Shown piece after piece: positions 26,220-38,310 of a DNA stretch of 64,000 nt. The stretch's first letter is position 1; every line of letters starts with the position of its first letter. Both the position numbers and the translations under genes were made by a program. Under the pieces are notes generated by a model that was given only the letters and a program-made list of their open reading frames with translations, was not told the DNA's origin and ran no database searches. This DNA is from Stegostoma tigrinum (taxonomy: Eukaryota). The stretch is taken from contig NC_081400.1 of NCBI RefSeq assembly GCF_030684315.1, positions 3,589,795-3,653,794 on the forward strand, read 5' to 3'.

Positions 26220-27000
26220 TTCTCTTTCTCCCACTTTCACTCACACTACCCCGACTACCCACCATTTCTATCTCTCCCTGTCAAGATCTTTCTCTGTCTC
26301 TTATCATCCCTCCATCTGTGCACTCTCTCTCACCGACCTTCTGTCACATTCTCCCCTTGCTCCCTTACATTCTTTCTGCCCAACACTTCACTTCCTCAAT
26401 CCTCCCTCACCCCTCGCTTCGCTCGCACTCCCACCTCTTTCTCACTCTCAACCTCTCTCCCCTACCTCCTTTCCTATCTCTCTCCCTTGCTTCTTCCGCC
26501 CGCGTCACTCTCTATGTCGATCTCAACACGCCCCCACATGCAAACTCTTACACTGTCTCACTCCCATCCCGCTCTTACCCTTCCTCTCCCTCGATCCTTC
26601 TGTATTCTCTCCATCACCACATTTTTTCAACACTCCTAGCTCTTCTCACTACTTACTCTCTCTCTTTGACATCTCGCCATCTCTCTCTGCCAGAATCTCC
26701 TCTTCCTCTCACTCCTGGTCTCTCTCTCTCTCTCACCTTGTTTATTACATATTCTCCCAAACTAATTCTCTCACTTCTTTCCTCCTCTATCCACCTTATG
26801 CACCCTATCTCTCTCTCACCCCCTCTCTTTCTAACTCTCTCAGTCTACACATGCTCTCCCTATCCCCTCACACCCTCCTTCTCCCTGTCTCTTGTTTTCC
26901 GTCTCCCTCACTCTCTTCCTCTGTCCCTCTCTCTTTCTCTCTCACGCAGTCTCGCTCTCTCATCCTCCACCACCTTAGTCTCCAGTCCTCCCTCTGTCTA
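26220..27000. repeat. CT-rich low-complexity tract
   Basis: Pyrimidine-rich TCTC/CTCC; similar tracts at 21920-22700 and 48715-48930. Confidence 0.9.
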
Positions 27001-28439
27001 GCCAAGTCTTCCTGGCTGCACCCTGCTAATATTCCATTGTTGATGCCACAGTCCTTCTCTCCTCCTTCCCCATGCGTTAAAAACCGAGGCACATTGCACC
27101 CAGCCTCGCAATCAGACTCAAGTCACTGCCCTCATGATGTACTCATGAATTCTGTAATTGCAGCTGGCAGACCCATGCGGTACTGAGTAAATGCAGCACT
27201 GTCAGAGGTGACATTTGGCTGTCCCTGAGCATGAAGTTTAAACCCAGGCTTTGTCATGTGTGTGCAAGAAGAAAAAGTGGATTCGTGTGTAGGGCAGGTA
27301 TATCCTTAGCACGACCAATGTATATCTGCAAATAGAGGCCCCTAGGTTGACACGAGGGGCAAGAGTTGAGGTAAGGTTCAGATTGAATGGTGGAGCAGGT
27401 TTTTCGGGCCAAATGGTCTTCTCCTGCTCCTAGTTTTGGTGTCACCCCTTTGGCTCTCTGGCTGTTGCTGTGCCTCACACGTGTCGAAGGGGTCTTTGGT
27501 ATCTCAGTGCCTGGTTCAAATTGATCGACTGAATTCAAAACGTGTTGACTTGGTAAAAACTGCTGCATGGCCTTTCAATACACAGATTTCAATTCAGGCA
27601 CTCTCTGTGCACGAGCAAACTTTCAAGTTGCTGCTCACAGACATCCATTTTAAATCCCCAAGCATATAAAAAACAAATTATCTTTTAAAGGATACAATGC
27701 TTTTACCCTAGCATTTTATAAATTTTAACCTCCTGCCTCCCAATCCACGAGCACTCCACCCAATTTCTCCACACTACTGACACCTCCTGAGCAACACTGA
27801 CCTCAGAAGTTCTTCATTAAGCCAGAAATGACTGAATTGAAAAATTAATTGAGCCCTGATGAATTCAGTCCTTGGCAAGGGAGTAGACTACCATTTACTC
27901 GAATAGGTTCACGGACAAGGGCTTCAGTCCCTAAAAAGATAGAGAGAAGCTAGGATGGTCGTTCTCGAAATAGGGAATGTCCAGGGAGAGATTGAAGTGA
28001 GATGTTCATCGCTATGAGGAAAGGGTTTCCAATCGAGAGAGTGACAGAGAAACCGTACCCATTGGAAAGAGGATCGTGAACAAAAGGATGGACACGGATT
28101 GAAGTGAATCAGAAAATGAACCTCAGGGTGGGGGGGGGGGGCGAGGAAAGAAGCAGTATTTGTGCTTTTGATGCAGCCAGCTGTTGTGATCTGGAATATG
28201 TTGTGTGAAAGACAACTAATTCAACTGAAACTTACAAACGTGAGAAGTGGTGGGGTGGTGGGAAACAGAGATACACTCGAAGAAGAAATATTTTCAGTGG
28301 ACGTTGGGTGGAAATACGTGTCATTAATTCAAGAGATCGTCATAACAGCCTGATGAAGGAACAGCTTGTGATTTTAAATACACCAGTTGGAGTATACCCT
28401 GGTGTCATGTGACTTCTGACATTAATGCCCCTCATAAAT

Positions 28440-28870
28440 TTATAAACTTTTGTAAGGCCACTCCTCAGCCTTCCATGTTCTAGGGTAAAACAGCCCCAGC
28501 CTATTCAACCTAGTCCTATCGCCCAACCCCTCCAATTCTGGCAACATCCTTGTCAATGTTTTCTGAAACTTTTCAAGCTCACCAACATCTTCCCGAAAAC
28601 AGGGAAATTCAAACTGAACACGTTTCCTCAAAGTTTCTCAACCAATAGCCTTTAAGGCCACAACCTGATATCCCAACTCCTAAACTCAATGAATTTTGAA
28701 CGAAGGTGAGCGTTCCAAACACTTTCTTCAGCCCACTGTCCAAATGCAACTTCACTTTCAAAAAACAACACACCTGAATGCCTTGGTCTCTGTTTGGAAA
28801 CACTCCCCAGGGGGCTGCCATTAACTGCAAAAGTCCGGTCCTGATTTCTCTTACCAAAATGCAATACTTC
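28440..28870 (-). mobile_element. CR1 3' fragment
   Basis: MHFGKRNQDRTFAVNG; REDVGELEKFQKTLTRMLPELEGL. Confidence 0.8.
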
Positions 28871-31800
28871 ATGAGGATGTAGGAGATAAAGGAGTGTATA
28901 GTGAGAGGGAGGTAACAGTGGCTGGAGGACGAGGGATCTCGTGAAGAATGCAACGGCTGGAAAGGATATCGGGGGGAGGGAGTGATGCAGGGGCTGGAGG
29001 AGGCCATAGAGATAGCAAGGATGTAGGATTTGAAGAAGATGTCAGAAACAGAGCAGGATGTCAGCACTGGAAGGAGTGAGAGAGGTAGGGATTGACATAG
29101 AGATTGGAGAAGGTTAAAGCAACAGGGAGTAGTATAAATGCAAGAAGGGGCTACGAACATAGGAACGAGCATTGAGACTGAACAGGGTTACAGAGATAAA
29201 GGGGGTATAGGGGCTGGAGGGGCTTACAAAGATAGTGAGGGAAGAAGGGGCTGGACAAGATTGCAGAGGTGAGGAGAGGTGTAGACGTGGGAGGAGGCGA
29301 CAGAGTTAAGGTGAGGTGTAGGTGTGGGAAGAAGTTACAAAGGTGGAGAGTTATGTTGGGGCTAGCATTACCTACAGAGTTGAGATGTGTAGTGACTGCA
29401 GAATATCGCAGAGATAGAGAAGGATGAAGGGCAGGAGGAGATGTCAGAGGTGGGGAAGTATGTATGGACTGGAGGTGGTGAAAAAAATAGGGAGGGATGT
29501 TGGGGTTGGTGCAGAGGACAGTGATGGTGAGGAATGTTGGGACTAGAGGGTGTAATAGAGATAGGGAGGGGTGTAGGGGTGGTGACAGAAATGCAGAGAG
29601 GTGTAGTGGCTGGAGCATGTGTCAGAATTAAGAAGAGTGTTGTTATTGGAGGAATTTACAGAGGTAGGGAGAGGTGTAGGGGCTGGAGGAGGTGCAGAGA
29701 TAGCGAGGGTTGTATGGACTGAAGGTGCTTAAAGGGATAGGAATTGGATGCAGGATTTGGAGTAAGTTACAGCAATGAGAGGCATGTAGGTGCTGAAGGA
29801 CGCTACAGTGAAAGAGAGGGAATTGTGGCTGCAGATGCTCACAGAGAAAGGGAGAGGTGAAGGGATTGGGGGCGTGACAGAGACTAGGCAGGGTGACAGT
29901 TCTAGAACAGGTTGCGGAGATCATGTGAGGTTGTAGGTGTTGAAAGAGTTTACTGAGATCTGAGGAGTGCAGGGAGAGGGTGTTATGGAGATAGGGATTG
30001 GGTGTAAAGGATAGACCGTGTTACAGAATTATCAAAGGATGTAGAAACTAAAGGATTCTGCAGGGATATTGAGGTTTGTAGTGGATAGAGTTGCTTACAA
30101 TGATTGGGAGATGAGAAGGGACTAGAGGGTCGTCAGAGAAAGGGAATGGTGTAGCGGCTGTAGAAAGTGACAGAGGTAACAGGAAGAGGTTATAGAGATA
30201 AGGAAGATGTTTGAAGAGGTGACAGAGTTAGATGATGGTGTGGGTATGGATGAAGTGACAGAAATAAGAAGGGTTGTTGGGGTGGAGGTGGTTACAGAGA
30301 TAGGGAGAGGCGAAAGCACTGGAGAAAGTGTCAGACATATGGAAGGTTGGAGAGGCTGCAGCAGTTTTCAGACATAAGGAGGGGTGTAGTGGTTGGGAAC
30401 GGTAGCAGAGTTGTGCAGGGGCTGGAGGAGGTTGCATAGACAGTGAGGACATAGGTGCTGAAGGAGGTGACAGAGATGGAGACGTGTATTTAAGTTTTAG
30501 GAGGTGCCTGGGAATGGAGGAGTGTACAAGTTGGAGGAGCTACAAGAGTTAGGGAATGCTGAAGGGAATGGAGGAAATTACACAGAAGGAGTTATACGAG
30601 GACTGGACGGGGCTTCAAGAATAGGGTGGATTTTAGGGGCTGGAGGACGTTACATAGACAAGGAGTGGTGTGGAGGAGGTGACAGAGTTAAGGAGGGGTA
30701 TTGGGCTGAAGGTGGCTATCAATATAGGGAGTAGTGTAGGAGATGATGCACGTTACAAAGGTAGGAGGGGTATAATAGCTGGAATAGCCTACAGGGATAG
30801 TGAGGTGTTTATGGAAGAGAGGAGGTTATAGAGATAAGGACTGGTGTGGACTTTAGAAGAAATGACAGAGTTGACAAAGGGTGTTGGGATGGAGGTGGTT
30901 ATAGTGAAAGGGAGTGGTTTAGGAGATGATGGACGTTACAGAGGTAAAAGGGGTGCAACAGCTGGAAGAGTCGAATGAGATACTGAGATGTTTACAGCAG
31001 GGAGGAGGCTGCAGAGATAAGGAGGTTTTGTAGGGGCTGAAAAACATAGCAGAGGTATGGAGGGATGCAGGATCTCAAGGAAGTTACAGAGACAGGGAAA
31101 GATGTTTGGGCTTGAGTTGCTGACGGGGTTAGGGAGGACATAGGGGCTGGAGGTGGTGACAGAGATAGGAAGGAGTATCAGGTCTGGAGGAGGTGACAGA
31201 GGCAGCGAGGGGTGTAGGGTTTGTAGGCGGTTTCAGAGCCAGGAGTGGTGCAGGAGTTGGAGGAGGTTACAGAGATAGCGAGGGGTGTAGGTTTTGGACC
31301 AGGCTACTGAGATAGGGTGGGTTATACAGGCTGGAAGGGTTTACAAAGATAGAGAGGGGCTTTTGGGCTGACGTTGCTTACATGGATACAAAAAGTTGTT
31401 GGGACTAGAGGATGAGGTGGTGTGCAGGAACTGGAGGAAGTAACAGACATAGATAAAATTGTGGGGCAGGAGGAAGTGATAGAGATAGGGAGGGATGTCA
31501 GGGCAGGAAGACGACATAGAGATAAGGAGTGAGTGTAGGGGCTGGGGAATTTCACAAAGATAGAAAGGTGGTGAACGGGCTGAAGGATGTTACAGAGGTA
31601 GGGAGGTGGGTAGGGTCTGGAAGAGATTACTGCGAAAGGGAGGGTTTGTAGAGATTGGTGTATGTCATAGAGATAGCAAGGGGTTGTTGTTGCCGGAGGA
31701 GGCAACAGAGAGGGGGAAGGGAGTTATGGCTGGAGTGACTAACAGAGTTAGAGGGAAGTGAAGGGACAGGCAGGAGTGACATTTTGGTGTATGGGCTGAA

Positions 31801-33660
31801 GGAAGTGACACAGATAAGCGGGATGTAGGGATGGAGGAGGTTAAAAAGATATGGATTGGTGTTGGAGATGGAGACGGAGACATAGGTAGGGATTGTTAGG
31901 CTGGAAGAGATGACAGACTGAGTATGGTGTGGGTGTTGAAAGAGGTGACAATGATAAGGACAGGAGTTGAGACAGAGGTAGTTACAGAAATAGGGAGTTG
32001 TGTAGACAATAGCGAAGATTCCAGAAGATAGTAAAGGATGTAGCGGCTAGAAGAGGCTACAGAGATAGGGAGAGGGTGTTGGGGCTGGAGGAGGTGGGAG
32101 AGTTAAGGAAGGGGTGGGGTGAGAGAGAGACATTACAGAATGGAGGAGGTTATAGAAATAAGGAAGACTGTGAGGGCGGAGGGGATTACACAGAGACTGA
32201 GGGGTTATGGGATGGAGAAGATGGCAGAGATAGGGAGGGGTGTCCGAACCGAAGGAGATTACTGTAATCGGGATTGTTGTAATACCTGGTGATGGTTTCA
32301 GGTTTTAGGTGGAATGAATGGGCTAGAGATGATTGCAGAGATATTGAGGGGCAGAGGGGCTGGTAAAAGCACTAGAGGAAGGGAGTGACATAAGGACATT
32401 GAAGAGGTGATACAAATAGGGAGGGGTGTAGGGGTTGACGGTGGTTACAGAGATAGGGAGAGGTTTGGGGCTCGAGGAGATTATGCAGGTCGAGAAGAAG
32501 TAGAACCCAGAGCTGGCTAAGCAGAGTGAGAAGCATGCAGTGGCTACAGGAGCTCACAGAGTTATGGAGGGATGTAGAAGATGCAGGAGGTTACAGAAAT
32601 AGGGAGCAATTTAGGAGTTGCAAGAGGTTGCAGTTACAGGGATGCGTGTAGGGCTGTGGATGCCTACAGAAATAAGGAGAAATGTTGGGGCTGTAGGTGG
32701 TAACAGGTAGGGGCTGGTGTGTTTAAAGAATGTTGCAAGACATGTTACAGGCAGCTATGGCTTTGCTCATGCTCTGTAGGGTAAAGGCAGACTCTACATC
32801 AAACGTTCACCTTCTCAGCCATGTCACACATTTACGCAAACAGAAGCATGGGAGACGGGTGGTGTGCAGGAACTGGAGGAAGTAACAGACAGATGTTTGG
32901 GCTTGAGTTGCTGACGGGGTTAGGGAGGACATGTGGCTGGAGGTGGTGACAGAGATAGGAAGGAGTATCAGGTCTGAAGGAGGGACAGGGAGGGATGTAA
33001 GGACTTGAGGTGGTTACAGAGATAGAGAAGGGTGTGGGCGTTGGAGGGGTTGACAGAAATATGTAGAATCTGGGGGCTGGAGGAACTGACAGACATAGGG
33101 AGGTGTTCAGGGTTGAATGCCATTGCAGAGACAGGGAGTGGTGCATGGATTGGGTGGTGGTTACAGAAATAGGGAGGATTTAGGGACTTGAGGAGGTTAC
33201 AGAAATGGGTAAAGGTGCATGGCGTGGAGGAGGTATAGAAGGTGCGTTTGGATTAGCGCAGGTGACAGAGACAGTGGAGGGTTCAAGACTTGGGTTTGAT
33301 TCCAAAAATGGGGAGGGGTGCCGTGCTGGAGGAGGCTACTGCGGTAGGGAAAGGTAATCACAACTATTGGAGATTACAGTGACAGGGGAGCCTTTTGGGG
33401 CTTAGGCTGTGACAGAAACTGACAGGAGCATACGGGCTAATGAATTTACAGAGATAGGAAGAGGTGTAGGAACTGTAGGTGGTTACAGAGATGTGGGAAG
33501 ATGTAGGAGATGGAGGGTTTCAGAATTCGGAAGGGTTATAATGGATGAAGTGTGCTGCAGAGACAAAGAGAGGTGTTAGGAATGGAGTGTGTCACAGAGA
33601 TATGAAGTGACATTGGAACTGGAGAAGTTTGCAGAAATAGAGAGGGATGTGGGAGCTAGA
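28871..33660 (+). repeat. Degenerate purine-rich 37-bp minisatellite array
   Basis: Consensus ~GGAGGAGGTTACAGAGATAGGGAGGGGTGTAGGGGCT; 37-bp phase, e.g. 31269 and 31306; strong G/A strand bias. A shorter array lies at 16570-16910. Confidence 0.9.
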
Positions 33661-33689
33661 TGATTGAAAGTTCCAGTGTCAGGCTCGAG

Positions 33690-34130
33690 TGTTTGGAACG
33701 GGAGTGAAATGGGGAATAACAGAGTTCAGAGGAAGATATCAGGTGTCCTTTTAGGTGGCCGAAGTGGACCCGTCTCCCATGCTTCTGTTTGCGTAAATGT
33801 GTGACATGGCTGAGAAGGTGAACGTTTGATGCAGAGTCTGCCTTTACCCTACAGAGCATGAGCAAAGCCATAGCTGCCTGTATCATGTCTTGGAGCTGAA
33901 GTCTGATGGTGCCAGCAGGTGCTGCTGCTGTTGCTAATCGCTCAGTGATCAGAGAGGTTTCAGTTCCTCGACCGATATGACACTCCCTTCCTCTCCATCT
34001 GGAGCTAGTGACCACACCACCTGCAGCCCCTTCAAAAACAACCTGAAAACAGCATCACTTCAGCTCTTGGTAACTAAAATGAGGTACTTGAAATGTCACC
34101 CATTTCCCCTGGGTTTAAGGTCGAGGGAAT
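33690..34130. promoter_or_regulatory. Candidate B-cell enhancer, copy B
   Basis: Minus-strand GAGGAACTGAAAC 33957-33969; GCAGGTG E-box 33915-33921; ACCACA 34011-34016; CACCTG 34018-34023; TTGCGTAA 33789-33796. Confidence 0.55.
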
Positions 34131-35462
34131 GTGCTGCGCTGTTCTGCACAACTGAGGCTGATTGTTACATAAGCATACATTCCTTTCACTGATGCCTCGT
34201 CTCGTTTAGTGCGCAAAATTTGACTCATTCGAGTGTCTATCGGGCATAGAGAATGCTACAGATTCACGAGGCTCTGAGTTAAAGGATTTCTCTTCATCTC
34301 GTCCAAATTGCCTGTTCACATAGGCTGGAAGGTGTTGTCGACTCTGCAGCTAGTGACTTTGGAATGGGCCAGTAGAGTGTTGCTGGCGGTGGGACTGGGA
34401 GCAATATATCTCCACATCAACCTTGTCAAACCCTCTCAAACTCTGATATCTTTCCATTCTAATTTTGCGAGATTTTCAGCCTACTCCCCTCATCGGGCAA
34501 GCCCTTCCCCTTGGTGGACCTCCATAGTGATGCCTCAGAGAATAATCTACCGTTCCATAACTGAGGAGACTACAATTCTGCACATTGCTGCTGGAGTATT
34601 CTCACCAACATACTGTATAACTGCAGTAAAATATGTGTTGTTTGGCATTAGGTGAGAGTTGAGCCCAGATTTCCTGGCTCAAAGGCAAGGAAATAATGAC
34701 TGCACCAGAAGGGACACTAAAAATTCTTCCTGTTATATTCTTGCTCTTTCACGATACGTTCTTGCACAGTCCTTCCACAAACATTCACTCCTGCCACTCA
34801 GTAGCAGCAGTGTGTACCCATCCACAAGATACACTGCAGAACTTCGCCAAAGATCATTTGCACTTTCCAAACCCACAGCCATTTCAATCTGAAAGGGCAA
34901 TGACCACTGTTACATGGTAACACCATCCCCTGCAAGTTCCCCTCCAAACCACTCACCATTCCATCATGAAAATTTAATGGCCATTTCTTCAGTGTTGCTA
35001 GGTCAAAATTCCCACCCTAATAGCACTGTGGTGGATGCATCTACACCAAACAGGGCTGTAGTGGTTCAAGAAGAGATCTCACCACCACCTTCTCAAAGGG
35101 CAAATAAGGGTGATAAATACAGTCCCAAACAGGGACCCCACATCCCTAATTTGTATGCTGTACAGCTTGTTAACTTTCCCTATTCCCTGTATCCGTAATC
35201 CTTCTGACAATTCCTCTGACGACAAAAATATCTCTGGCCTTTCAGGCATATGCTGTGTTGCCTTTCCTCTGACCAAAGTGAATAATTCCACATTTCCCAC
35301 ATCAAAGTCTCACTTCCTTACTCAATTGCTAATGCAGTCTCTATCCCTTTTCAACCTCGCTATTCCACTTCAAAGCCTGGTCTCCTTCAAATCTTCATCT
35401 CCTCCTTCTGCCAAGTTCTCTTCACAGATGGCCACACCATTACCAATTTAAAATCATGACAA

Positions 35463-36035
35463 TGAGAATCTGAAATTTGGGTCCAGGCACAAGATGGCTG
35501 ATGGTGCAAGTTAGCAACAAAATGGCTTCCAGCGTGGGAATTGTAAATTTTGCTAGAGCTGCTCTTTTAGACTGGGAACTCTGAGTTCTGCTAGACCTGC
35601 ATAAATAAAGCAGTAATGACAAGATAATGCAGTACTAACCATTCTAGCTGACCTTCGGTAGCAAATGTTATAGATCTGTATGGCGAGACAAAAAGTAACG
35701 TAAACATTGTGACGTAAGTTGTTAACCAGTTAATACTATAGGATAATAAACTGTCAATGAAGCAATATCATGTATTGATTGGTAATTGTTTGAATACACT
35801 ATGCGATCACACCATGTACCCTGCCTTAAGAAAAGTATAAAAATGTCTTTGTAGTAACCTATGATGTGCAGCTCCTCCGAGGAATATGGAAGTGCTCAAC
35901 TTCTGTGTTTTCCGGAAGATCTGTACCCAGCCAATTGAAGAAACAAAGAGTAAAGTCTTAAACAGCCAGACGGACTGCAAGTGTTCATTGACTGAGCGCG
36001 GAATCGAGAGACCCCACCGGGGGTCTAGATTTACA
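35463..36035 (+). mobile_element. Solo LTR, 573 bp, with 4-bp TSD ACAA
   Basis: Starts TG (35463) and ends CA (36035); ACAA at 35459-35462 and 36036-36039; absent from the paralogous sites (~19415, ~40795); internal TATAAAA at ~35835. Orientation is inferred from the TATA box. Confidence 0.8.
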
Positions 36036-36104
36036 ACAAGACCAAGGCCAGAAGTACATCCCGTTTGTCAAGGATCCTGACTCAAAGCAGAGCTGAATAG
36101 GAAG

Positions 36105-37680
36105 TGGCAGAGATAAGAGGGATGTAGGAATGGGAATGCTACAGAGATAAGGAAGGTGTGTTAGGGCTGAAGGAGGTGACAGAGATAGGGGTGGTGTGGA
36201 GGTCGGAAGGGCTGACAGTGGCAAGGACTGGGACTGTAATGGAGGCAATTACAGAGATATAGAGTGTTCTGGGGGTTGGTGGAGGTTACAGAGATTGAGA
36301 GCCTACAGAAATAAGGAGATAATGTATGGGTTGGAGGAGGCGACAGAGAGGGAATGGTGCATAACCTGGAGGAGTTTACAGCGATAAGGAAAGAGGTACG
36401 ATGAAGGGGCTTAAAGAGAGAATGAGGGGTTATAGAATGGAGGATATTAGAGAGGTAGGTTGTGGTGTAAGGCTTGGAGGAAGTTACAGAGGTAAGGATG
36501 GAGGGCATGGAGAAGACGATGGAGATAGGGAGGCATGTAGTATTTGGTGAAAGTCACTGAGAAAGGCATTGTTGGAGGAGAGTGCCACCCAGAGAAGTTA
36601 GCACAGACACTGTTGGGTGTAAGCGCTGCTGGAGGTAACAGGCGTAGGGAATGGAATATAGACTTAAAGAGGTGACACAGATAGAGACTATGTAGGGAAT
36701 GGAGAGAGGTAACAGGGGTAGTGAGGTGTTCAGGGATGGCGGAGGTTATAGAGATAAGGAGAGCTATAGTGAATGAAGAAAGTGACAGAGATAGGGAGTA
36801 GGTAGAGACCGGACCAGGTTACAGTGAGGGGAAAGAGTGTGGAGGCTGGAGGAGCTGACAGAGTGGTGCAGTGGTTTAGGAGCTGGAAGAGGTTGCAGAC
36901 ATATGGATGAGTGTAGGGTCTGGGAACGGTTACAGAAATAGGGAAGTTGCCTGGGCTGCAGGTGGTAACAAAAGTAGAGAGTGATGCAGCGTCCAGAGCA
37001 TGTTGCAGAGGTATATAAGCTCTGGACATGGTTGAAGAGATAGGGATGGGGTAGGCGCTGGAGGAGTTAACAGAAATCGGGAATCTATTGGCTGGAGAAA
37101 GTGGCAGAGATAGGGACGGGTGTAGGAATTTAAGCAGCGTGTGGAGATGAAGCGGGATATCGGAGCTGTAGGAGGTAACAATGATAGGGAGATATTTGTG
37201 GCTGGAAACAGTTGCAGAGGAAGGGTGTAAGGACTGGTAGTGGTTACAGGGACAAGTAGGGTTGTCGGGGCTTGAGGTTGTTACAGAGATGGGTGGGGTG
37301 AAAGGGATGGAGGGCTTTACAGAGAAAGTGGAGGGTAAAGGACTTGGAGTTGGTGGCAGAGACAGGCGGGGCTATGGGGCTGGAGGCAGTTACTGAGATA
37401 AGGAAGCTGTGTAGCAGATGACAGTGACAGGTAAGGTTTTCGGGGCTAAGGTTGTGACAGAGATACAGAGCGGAGTAGGAGCTAATGAATTTGCAGAAAT
37501 ATGGAGAAGTGTAGGAGTTGGAGGTGATTACAGAGATGTGGAAAGATATGGCAGATGGAGGGTGTTTCAGAGATCGCATGGGTGAGGGATGGAATGTGTT
37601 ACAGAGGCAAGGAGTGATGTAGAGGCCGGAGAAGTTTATAGAAATGGGAGGGGTGTGGAAGCTGGATTTTTGAAAGCAGG
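36105..37680 (+). repeat. Second array of the 37-bp purine-rich minisatellite
   Basis: Same unit; 37424-37680 is collinear with 33378-33660. Confidence 0.9.
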
Positions 37681-37689
37681 TGTGAGATC

Positions 37690-38130
37690 CAGCGTGGAAC
37701 TCGAGTGTTTTGGAAAGGAGAATAAGAGAGGGCTGAAGATAAACAGCAGAAGTCCATTTTGGTTACCTTGAGTGATGAGTCGCTTGCACGTCTGTTTGTG
37801 TAAATGTGTGACACGTCTGAGAGGGCGACCTTTTGATGGAACCTCTACATTTTCCCTTCCGCTCGTGAGTGAAGCCACAGCTGCCTGTGTGATGCACTGG
37901 AGCAAACAACTGACGATACCATAGGGTGCTGCTGTTGCTCATTGCTCAGTGATCAGAGGGGTTTCAGTTCTTCCACTGACATGATCCTACCCTTCCCCTC
38001 CATTTGGATCGAGTGACCTGCAGCCTCTTCACAAACAGACCAAGCACAGCATCGCTTCAGCTCTCGGGGGCTAAAATCAGGTGCTCAGAAACGCCACCCA
38101 GGGCTCCCACGTTTGTGGTCGAAAACCTGC
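37690..38130. promoter_or_regulatory. Candidate enhancer, copy C (gene-proximal, motifs decayed)
   Basis: The EICE GGAA core is changed (minus strand GAAGAACTGAAAC, 37961-37973). GACCACACCACCTG is reduced to GACCTG at ~38015, removing the RUNX site and E-box. CAGCTG 37878-37883 is retained. Confidence 0.45.
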
Positions 38131-38310
38131 ACTGCATTGTTCCCAGATACAGAGGCAGTCTTGAATCCAGCTCTTGTATTTTGTAAATCTTCATTGAAAT
38201 GGGTTTAACCAGACTATGAAATGATTATTGGTGTACAGCAGCTTTCATATATTTCCACAGCATAGAAGGATGCGATCCGTCCCATCGAGTCCACACCAAA
38301 TCCTGGGAAG

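Larger units (their letters stand above)
33380..36104 (+). repeat. Segmental duplication copy B (truncated 5'-flank unit)
   Basis: Collinear with ~16.9-19.5 kb and ~37.4-40.86 kb; ends at CTCAAAGCAGAGCTGAATAGG (36081-36101), where the minisatellite resumes. Confidence 0.8.

Noticed and set aside
26089-27186. 365-aa and 227-aa Ser/Leu/Pro-rich ORFs
   Set aside because: Artefacts of a CT-rich tract that lacks stop codons.
28609-37579. Many Pro/Ser/Thr-rich or Gly/Glu-rich ORFs
   Set aside because: Translations of the 37-bp minisatellite.
16869-37905. Three similar minus-strand ORFs sharing HVTHL(H/R)KQ as a small protein family
   Set aside because: Starts, stops and frames differ between copies outside the short core; the similarity reflects duplicated non-coding DNA.
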